DNA of 59,927 nt from Intoshia linei (lineage: Eukaryota > Animalia > Orthonectida), in the NCBI GenBank assembly GCA_001642005.1, contig LWCA01000075.1, positions 1 through 59,927 of the forward strand, given 5' to 3'. Below are positions 51,389 to 59,927 of this stretch, in pieces (the first letter of the stretch is position 1; every line of letters begins with the position of its first letter). A model generated the notes under the pieces. It ran no database searches. It was not told where the DNA came from and was given only the letters and a program-made list of their open reading frames with translations. Made by a program: the position numbers and the translations under genes.

Positions 51389-51783
51389 CACGGTGCGACA
51401 AAATTAAAATTTTTGCGCTCCTTACCCAAAAAACTACGTACATCATTAAAAGCTTAAAAACTTCTTTTAAAGTTTTCTGTTAAAGATAGATGGAACATAT
51501 GATTTTTCAAAATCTTATCAATTTCAGGGCCTATAAAAACCCATTTTTATAATTACAACTCATTTGTGATAAATTTGAATAAGTAATATAATTTAAATAC
51601 ATAGCGTTGCAAAAGTCTACATTAATATGAAGAAATTAATTTATTATTTAGAATTTTGAGAGTGGAATAACTTTTGAACCCGATCTCTAAATATAATTCT
51701 CAATTATACAATTTGTTATCTAGAACTTAAGTGTTCTAATGATATACATTTTATCTGATCGTATTTTTCAGTTTCGCACCGTG
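51389..51783. mobile_element. Tc1/mariner-type MITE
   Basis: TA|CACGGTGCGA...TCGCACCGTG TIR; right TSD imperfect. Confidence 0.6.
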
Positions 51784-52100
51784 TTATGTTATTTATAATT
51801 ATAAATAATTGTTTGATATTTAATTTAATATATAAAAATACAAATATGACGTTATATAATGTTTCAATAACGACGAAAATACTAAAATAATAAATTAATA
51901 TACATGAAATGAAATAATTTTTAATAGGATGCTAGAATTAAGTTCAGCGGTGCTAGAAAAACTATTTTTATATTTTGACTAAAAAATTTGATAAAATAAT
52001 GAAATTAATTATATGTTTCGTTTTATGATGCTGATTGTTGCGAAAATGTTTCCAAATTGTACTTTTTCTTATCGATTTTTTTATATTTACAATTTAAATA

Positions 52101-52736
52101 CAGTATTCTCTCTATAACTCGCCATCCTTGGGATCTCGAAAAAGTGTGCAAGATAGGGAATTTGGCGAAATAGAAAATTTAAAATTATAGAAACAACCAA
52201 TAAAACCTTTAAATGAAAGGTTAAATTGCAATAAAATTATAAATTATAACAAAAATTGTAAAATTTAATACAAAATAATTAAACTCTATCCTATCAAAAA
52301 TTTATTTTGACAACTGAAATTAATTAATTATTTTTTAAATTCAATATTTTCTAAAAATTACATTTGAATTAAAAATGGTTTACTAAAAAGTAAATCCAGA
52401 AATAGAATAGAATATAAATACAATTTTTTGTAAGCGTAATATACAGATTGCCCTTTTTAAATAAATGTAGTATCCATCTGTTATTCTGTATTAATAATTA
52501 TTAAACCTTCTCTGTTACGATTTAGAAGCATTTTAAATTTCAACGTTGTTTCAAACTTAAGTACATAAAATCTTAACTAATTTTGAAAAATGGTTTTAAA
52601 ACTTTTAGGTTTTATATTTTAAATTAATGGCGAGTAAGAGAATAGGCGAGATATAGAATAAAATGTCAATATTTCCATATTACAGTAATAATCGTATGGC
52701 GATATACAGAATTGGCGAGTTGTGGAAAAAATACTG
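52101..52736. mobile_element. Tigger/pogo-like MITE
   Basis: TA-flanked imperfect 24-bp TIR CAGTATTCTCTCTATAACTCGCCA / TGGCGAGTTGTGGAAAAAATACTG with subterminal GGCGA repeats. Confidence 0.82.
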
Positions 52737-52989
52737 TATAATTCCTTCGGAATGTTTTTCCATTGCTACGCAATTTTTAAATTTAAAATTTTCATTTTCA
52801 AAACATTTTGAACAACATCTACGCTAACGAATTTATAAAAGTTTTGATACTAACTTAATTTGAAAATGCTAAAAAGAAAAGTAACATTCACAAGAAAAAA
52901 GGCCAAAAGTATAAACATTGACACTGACATTTGACAACATTGATATAAACACTGAATATGCTGTTTTCATATTTTCATTTATGTTAATT

Positions 52990-53490
52990 GATAAGATTTT
53001 TGGAGTATATACGAAATAAAAAAAATGAATACTAAAGTGCTTTTTTACTGTGAAGGCGTCACTTTGTCACATTGATTTTTTGTGTGTATTCAATGGATAT
53101 AACTGTATCAACTGTTGTTTTTTTAAATTCTAGGTCTATTTTCATTATTTAGAAAAGGGCAATCTGGCATTTTGGTCATGAAAATGCACTTTTTCCAGGT
53201 TGCCATTTACGATAATGCTTATGATTTTAAAAACTATCCCAGAATTTATGTTTTATAAAATTTAGGACATGTTTCATTTTTAAAACAAAGCGTAATTTGA
53301 GGTTTTGACAATAAAGGTATGCGTTTCTGAGGATGAGATTTACGAAAATGTTAATGATTTAATAACGCGTCCAAGAATGTTTTTTTTTGCATTGTAGTAC
53401 ATTTTTGCGCTGATTTATTTTTTAACAAATGGGGAAATTGGATTTTTGACCCTGAAGGACTCAAATTCGGAAACTAAAAAATAGATACAG
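52990..53490 (-). mobile_element. Internal fragment of the Helitron family
   Basis: Colinear with about 41920-42380 and 55500-55950. Confidence 0.65.
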
Positions 53491-53789
53491 TGAAACTCGT
53501 TTAAATACAAGTCAAAAATTCTTGAAAAATTTCATTTGCAATTGTAGAGGTAATTTATAAATAATAGCACATGATAATTATCATTATAATCATTAATGTG
53601 GATGTTAGTAGTTTTTTTGGAAATTTTATAGTGCAGGTGGTGTAAAATGCTGCATCTTCCAAATTTATATCTAATTTAATTATTTTTTTTGTATTGTCAT
53701 TTTTGATTAATTACTCAACTTTTTCCAATCCTGAACTTAATTTTCAAATTTTTGGAACGCCCCTATGAACAGGTTATTGGAAAGATGTA

Positions 53790-54503
53790 TTAGAAATTGA
53801 TATTTTTTAATTCTACGATTGTTAATTTTTTCATGATATTGACATGATTTTTAGCATGATAGTTATTCTGGTTTTAATGGTTTTAAGATTATAATTTTCG
53901 ATAAGTGTGTGAATTATAGAAAATGATATTTTACAGTTAAAATTTTTAAGGTGCTCGATTTTGGTTTTTAAATAATAGTCTATGTCAATATATTTGTTTG
54001 CAATATTTTCCATACTTTTTTTTAAAACACTACTGATATGAACATTATTTAATGATAATAATTTATTACTATTTTTAATAATCCCTCTAGCTTGGTTTAC
54101 AGTGATATTAAATAATCTAGCTATCTTATGAGGTCCATAATTTTTATCTCTCGATTCAACCGCTATTTCTTTTCTTCTCTCCAGTGTTAAGTCTTTTGAT
54201 CTTTTAAATGGTGAAATAAATTTTATGATAAAAGTGTGCTTTATTTTTAATGTTTTCGAGATTTTTTAAGGATAATGTATATGAAAAATAGAACTCGTAA
54301 TAAATGCTGTGGTTTAAAACGAAGATGTGCATTATTTTTAACTGTTCAAAATTGTTAAAATTTAAGAATTCACATTTATATGGGAAATAGAGTACCCGCA
54401 AAATAAGAAATTTATCCATATAGTATTTAATGTTGAAATTAATATTTTTTTTTTTTTAAATCTACCAAAAATAAAAAAGTGTGCTTTAAATCGACAACCA
54501 CTG
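53790..54503 (-). pseudogene. 5' fragment of a pogo/Tigger transposon: TIR plus psq-HTH and CENP-B-type HTH
   Basis: TA|CAGTGGTTGTCGATTTAAAGCAC end at 54503; open frame KDLTLERRKEIAVESRDKNYGPHKIARLFNITVNQARGIIKN...KYIDIDYYLKTKIEHLKNFNCKIS running into ORF 54013-53831. Confidence 0.65.
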
Positions 54504-54783
54504 TATACATGAATAATGTACTAGCCCTAACTGTTTTTTAACACTTTCAAAGCCTAATTAGTTATATATGACTTATAAAATATATAGAAGCTTATAAATT
54601 GGTAAAATTATTAAAACTAAAAATACACTGTATGTATAAAAATTTTAAAAAAATATTAATCACCGTTTTCCTAATTTTTTGCGAAACATCAATTCCAGAA
54701 CTAAGACCAAATTGCAAACTGAAAACAGCTTATGTCGTAAATTAAATTCGATGGATAAGAAATATCTAATCTTATATATGACA

Positions 54784-56087
54784 CTAGGTTGACTGTTATG
54801 TACTACGTACAAACAGCACCTAGCTCTGTCGAGACCACAATTTTATTCTACCAAATGAATAAATTCACGTTGAAAATTTAACTTACAAATCCTACTATTC
54901 ACTAGTATCAATCCTTTAAAGGAGTGGTTCCCAAACTTGTTTCACGTGGAACCGTCATATCACGTTATCTAATACTTTAAAGTGAATTATTCCATCTTAA
55001 TTTTGTTTTGTTAAAATTTTTGTAAAGAATTTAAAAACAATTGTTATCCCATTTTTTTAATTTACGAGACAAAATGTGTTGTATAATCTTAAAAATAAAG
55101 TAAAAACAGTAGACTAGTAAACTGTAGTTTTAATTTAAAATTTAAAAAAATGTAATGAAAATGAGAATTTGAAAATGAAAAAAAAAACCGAAAGAATCAT
55201 TTATATAGATTTCCACCTATATTTCTTTATTGGAAATGTATATTTATTCAATGCACAGTTTTTTTTGAAATTGTAGGATGATTATTTACTTTTTCATTTT
55301 TAATTTTAATCCGACATTTGAAAAATATCAATTGATAATATATTAATAAATTATTTTTCACCGGTAATGCGTAGATATCTGGAGTTAAAATTTTGTATTT
55401 ATATCAAATGGAATAAGATCTATCAGAATTATTTTTTTTTTTTTAATTTTACGACCGTTAATTATTTCAAATTTTTTGTTTTAAAAAATATTTTCAAAGT
55501 AAAAAAAAAATGAATATGAATATGCTTTTTTGATCATGAAAGCGTCACTTAATCAGATTTAACTTTTTTGTGTGAGCTAACTGGATATAACTGTATCATT
55601 CGTAATTTTTTTAAATTTTAGGGCTATTTGTGTGCTAATCTGTGTTTTGACCGTGGAAATTACATTTTTTTGTGGTTAAATTTATGATAATGCTTATGAA
55701 TTTTAAAACCATTCCAGAATTTATATTGTATAAATTATAAGACTTTTAATTTTTAAAAAAAAGGTAATTTGGTATTTTGGCCGTGAAAATATAAGATTTT
55801 GAAATTAAAAATTATCATAATATTGATAAATTTAAAAATTTTGATTAGACTGTGTAATTTTTATAATTCTAGTACTGGTTTGAATATAAAAACAAAAGAA
55901 AATTGGGGTTTTTAACCTTGAAGGACTCAATTTCTGAAATTAAAATTTGCGATAAAACAACACTATGAAAAAACGGTTATAAGAATATGGAATTTATAAA
56001 ACTCGAATCCCCTTACTTTATTAAATAAATTGGAACAAATAAATTAACAGATACATTTTTAACCATTTTATTTTATATAAGTAAGGA
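54784..56087 (-). mobile_element. Complete non-autonomous Helitron (1304 bp), best reference copy
   Basis: A|TCCTTACTTATATAA...CTGTTTGTACGTAGTACATAACAG-TCAAC-CTAG|T; no TIR or TSD. Confidence 0.9.
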
Positions 56088-58719
56088 TAATAAACAACCC
56101 AAATATAAATCTTGCATTAAGTGAAATTACATCTATGTTGGTTTAACCAACTTAGTTATCGTATTTTTTATTGAAACTATAAAAAATTTTTAGACTTTTA
56201 TTTTTAAAATTTCAGTAAAAAAGAAATATCAATTTTATATTTATTAAAATGCTTTATTGACGGCTATTTTTCAGGAGAATTAAATTTAAATTTTATTTTA
56301 TTTTGATCTAATGACTGCTAGTATTGTAAAACAATACAATACAATTTTGAATCGTTGCATTTAAATGTATTCAATCAATCAAATATATTAAATCGGTTCA
56401 TCATTTGGGATTTTTACTGCATTATAATCAATTAATAATTATTAATAAAATATTTTATTAATAACAAGGATTAAAATTAATAGGTATAATAAATTGAATA
56501 TAATATTTTAATAACTTGACAATCAGCATCATAATGATCAATAAAAAATTGGCATACTGAATACTTGCTCTAATGTAAAACTATAGCGAATTTTTTGTGT
56601 GTGAGTTATCTGTCTTACTTGACAAATATCAATTTGATAATATCCAATACGTCAATCTAGCAGAGTGATAAATTAAACAATATGGCGCAATCTCATTCAT
56701 GTCGACGTGTTGAAATTTTAAACAAAAAAAACACTCAACTTTTTATCAAATTGATGTCTCAATTTCATCAATCACATACATCAATAGCAAATTAAATTTA
56801 AAAAAATTTTTTAATCCTTTTGTTATATTTATAGACGTGTACATTAATACTTTTGTTACTGACTTTAAAACCCGTTAATTAAAGTCAATGATCTTTTATT
56901 TGACTTGATGTTGGAGGGAATTTAAAATTATTAAAATGTTTTTTCTCCATCAAGACCGAATGACCATGGGCCATAGAAACGTTTTTATAACGTTAATATC
57001 TTTTGAAATTTATCAAAACATATAAATTTAGTTAAAATATACTACAGGTAGTGTATTTGATGTATACAATGAAGTTTTGGCGATAAACGTTACAAAATGG
57101 AATGGATAATGTTGAAATATTAAAAATATACGGACAAAATAAAATTCATATTTTATTTCTACCGTAACTTTTCCAATCACAAAAATTGAAAATGTTTAAA
57201 TTTTAACAAGACATTTTAAAAACAAACACATGATTTGAATTAAATTTCATTATACGAGTAATATGATATTAAACTATATTATAATATTAAAATTACAATT
57301 CATGTCAAATTAATTTTTTACACATTAAATGATTAATTAATCAACTAAAGGTTATTTGATTAATGATTTTTGTAACATTTAAAACGATTTATTTATACAG
57401 TTTAAAAATGAATATAATATATGATGGATTTATTATCTCGCTTATGGGTTAATCTATTTAATTACACCCTGAAACATAAATTAGTGTCATTTTAAATGTA
57501 CAATGAAAACGTACATTTATATTTTTAATACAATGAATTATTCTCTAAATTTTAGATCCTAAAATGTAAAAATTTAAAAATGTGGATGTAATTTCATTTT
57601 CACGACAATTTAAATGTAAATTGAGGTTTTAGTGATGTATGAAAATTGACATTAATAATTTTCTTTTTTTTATACCGTCCATTTTATTCTACCACCTTAT
57701 GTTTAAAATGATTGAGTCAGATAAAAAATTTTTATATCTTAACTGGAAATTAATATGTTAATTAATTATTTAGCAGTGTTTATTAATAAAATTAGCAGAG
57801 ATTTTTTTAATTTTATGACAATTGGGTTTTTTATTTTACAAAAATATGAGTAATTTGTTGTTTTGACAATGAAGATGCAAGTTTTTGAGGTAGAAGTTTA
57901 TTGTAATGCTCATAACTTAAAAAGTAGCATATAATTTGTGTTTATTAAAATTATAAGACTCGTTTTATTTAAAAATAATAAATGGTAAATAGTGGTTTTG
58001 ATCATGAAGGTACCGATTTTTCATTTTAAAATGTATCTTAATTTCTGTACTGGAAATGCTGATTTAGATTTTATTTTTTTAAAATTCTGGGATTCATTTT
58101 TGTAAATAAATGACATTATGTATTGTTCGTTAAAAATTTTTAGAGTATATTTAAATTTTAAGTAAAGGCTCGAATAGGATTGATTTGGCTTGATGTGACT
58201 CAAGTACAAAAGATAATAATTTATTTTCAATAAAAAATTGTAAATTCATCCTACCATATTGGGTCCATGGAAAATAATGAAATTAAATAGATCCGTCAAG
58301 CAAAACATAATATAAATTTTTATTGTTTACCCATATTTCTTATTTTACAGTTTTTTCATATATTTTTCATGATTTATTTACTCATTATTACAATTAACAT
58401 TTACAATTTAACATTATTTGTACACTTAGTCCATTTTTATTGTTTCATATTTCATTTTATGAATTAAAATTATTATAAATTAATTAAATCTGTTAGTTTT
58501 AACATAATTTTTTGAGTATAGATTTTTTTGTGTGGTTCGCGTAATAATTATTTTTCACATTTGGCCCGCCAAGCAAATTGAGTCTGACACCCCTGGTATA
58601 GAGATCCATTTTTGAAAATTTTTTTTATAAGGGGCCAACCACTTCAATCTTACCCGTGCCTACTGCTGACTCTCCACGGTTGGACATACAGACACACACA
58701 GAAATTCAATTTTATATAA

Positions 58720-59435
58720 GTAAAGGATTACAGATTACACCGAGAAGTCATCGGTATTATGGAGTCCTGATTATTCAAAAATTTGAAAAACCGGTTATCG
58801 AATATCTCCGGTTATTTGAACAACGATTATCCGATTAATCGGAATTTAAAATTTTTAACATAAAAAAACCAATAGTCCTTACTTATATAATATGCTACGC
58901 GATTTTTGTTTGTGTGTGTGTACCACTTTATTGAAATAACTAACACTCTTAGAGGTTTATAAAGACCACATTTCAATTACAGTTTTTTCTGAACCGTATA
59001 ATAAGATAAATTTCAACCTCCCAATTTCACATCTTACGGGTTAAAAACCCCTATTGTCCCTCCTATTGGAAATCAAACGAGTTGAAGAATTTAAAAAAAT
59101 ATATACGCTGATACGGATTTTAAAATCATGAACATTATCATAATTTTAAATTTAACAAAATTATATCTTCAGAGCCAAAATCCCAAATTACTCTTCTTTT
59201 TTTAATGCAAACTACCCTAGAATTTGAAAAAATTTACAGGTGGTACAGTTGTATCCTGTTAACATACACAAAAAATTTCAATCAGAATAAGTTATGACTT
59301 CACGGTCTAAAAAGCATTTTAGTATTCATATATAAATTTTTGAAACACTGATTATTCGAAATATCTTCCGATTATTTTTCTCCGATTATTGTAAGCGATT
59401 AACGGGGTTTTCGATTAATCGAATATCATTCCCTA
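58720..59435. mobile_element. Ac-like hAT MITE remnant interrupted by a Helitron 5' half (58876 to about 59335)
   Basis: Clusters of CGATTA/CGGTTA/CGATTAATCG at 58790-58840 and 59350-59425, ending TCATTCCCTA; the insert is colinear with 29209-29640. Confidence 0.6.
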
Positions 59436-59927
59436 ATCGGTATAGACTTATATCAGCTTTTTGAAGAAATTATAGAAGATATTTTTAATATTATTAACTT
59501 TATTCTAAATTATATTTATCATATTTTGTATTGTTTTTTTAACTCAAAAACCCAGCATAGTGTAACTATTTATCCTCGTCGTGTTTACAGTCTAATCTAG
59601 GAATTCTCAACTTTTTTAAACCAAATCACCTTTCATTACACCTAATTCATAAATTTCTAAATGGACGTTACCTATAATAAAATGAACTATAATTATTATA
59701 AAATCAATAATAATGGGGAAAAAATGTAAATAATTTTTAATAATTTATTTTTATGTGATCCTTGCGCTTAGTGATTAAGTGCCAACTCCTTAATTCTTAA
59801 TTTAATTCTGGTTAATTTGATGACAATATCTCTTCTTTGACATCTATTAATTTTGTTACTATTTTTTATGTTTATTTTGAATATTTTGCTTACACAACTA
59901 AATCCACTTTCAATCATGTAAAATGTT

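Noticed and set aside
56680-57140. Possible short exons or ORF (MAQSHSCRRV...)
   Set aside because: No coherent spliced frame or recognisable motif.

Overview
Very AT-rich eukaryotic, probably metazoan, nuclear DNA with spliceosomal introns; not prokaryotic, no CRISPR. Splicing by eye gives nine protein-coding genes: a miniature CLIP-170-like CAP-Gly protein (+), RPB11/POLR2J (-, missed by the ORF track), PHF5A (+), PKN kinase (-), NHE8/SLC9A8 (-), RRP8 (+), RanGAP1 with a C-terminal SUMO domain (-), a divergent MNK-like kinase (+) and a DCLK3-like kinase (+). Seven of these form two tight head-to-head/tail-to-tail clusters (36-213 bp gaps). Introns are bimodal: many are about 35-45 nt, others are kb-sized and packed with transposons. 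The dominant repeat is a non-autonomous Helitron family (TC...hairpin-CTAG, about 11 3' ends). There are also two decayed Tc1 elements, a pogo/Tigger fragment, a hAT-like CxxH transposase pseudogene and several hAT and Tc1/mariner MITEs. Most notable: a 13-nt micro-exon and two GC-AG introns in PKN, a CLIP exon clamped between inverted Helitron ends, a tandem Helitron with a triplicated terminator, and an MNK with altered catalytic motifs. The architecture suggests a reduced parasitic animal such as an orthonectid or myxozoan, but that is inference only. All gene models are manual and unverified by transcripts.
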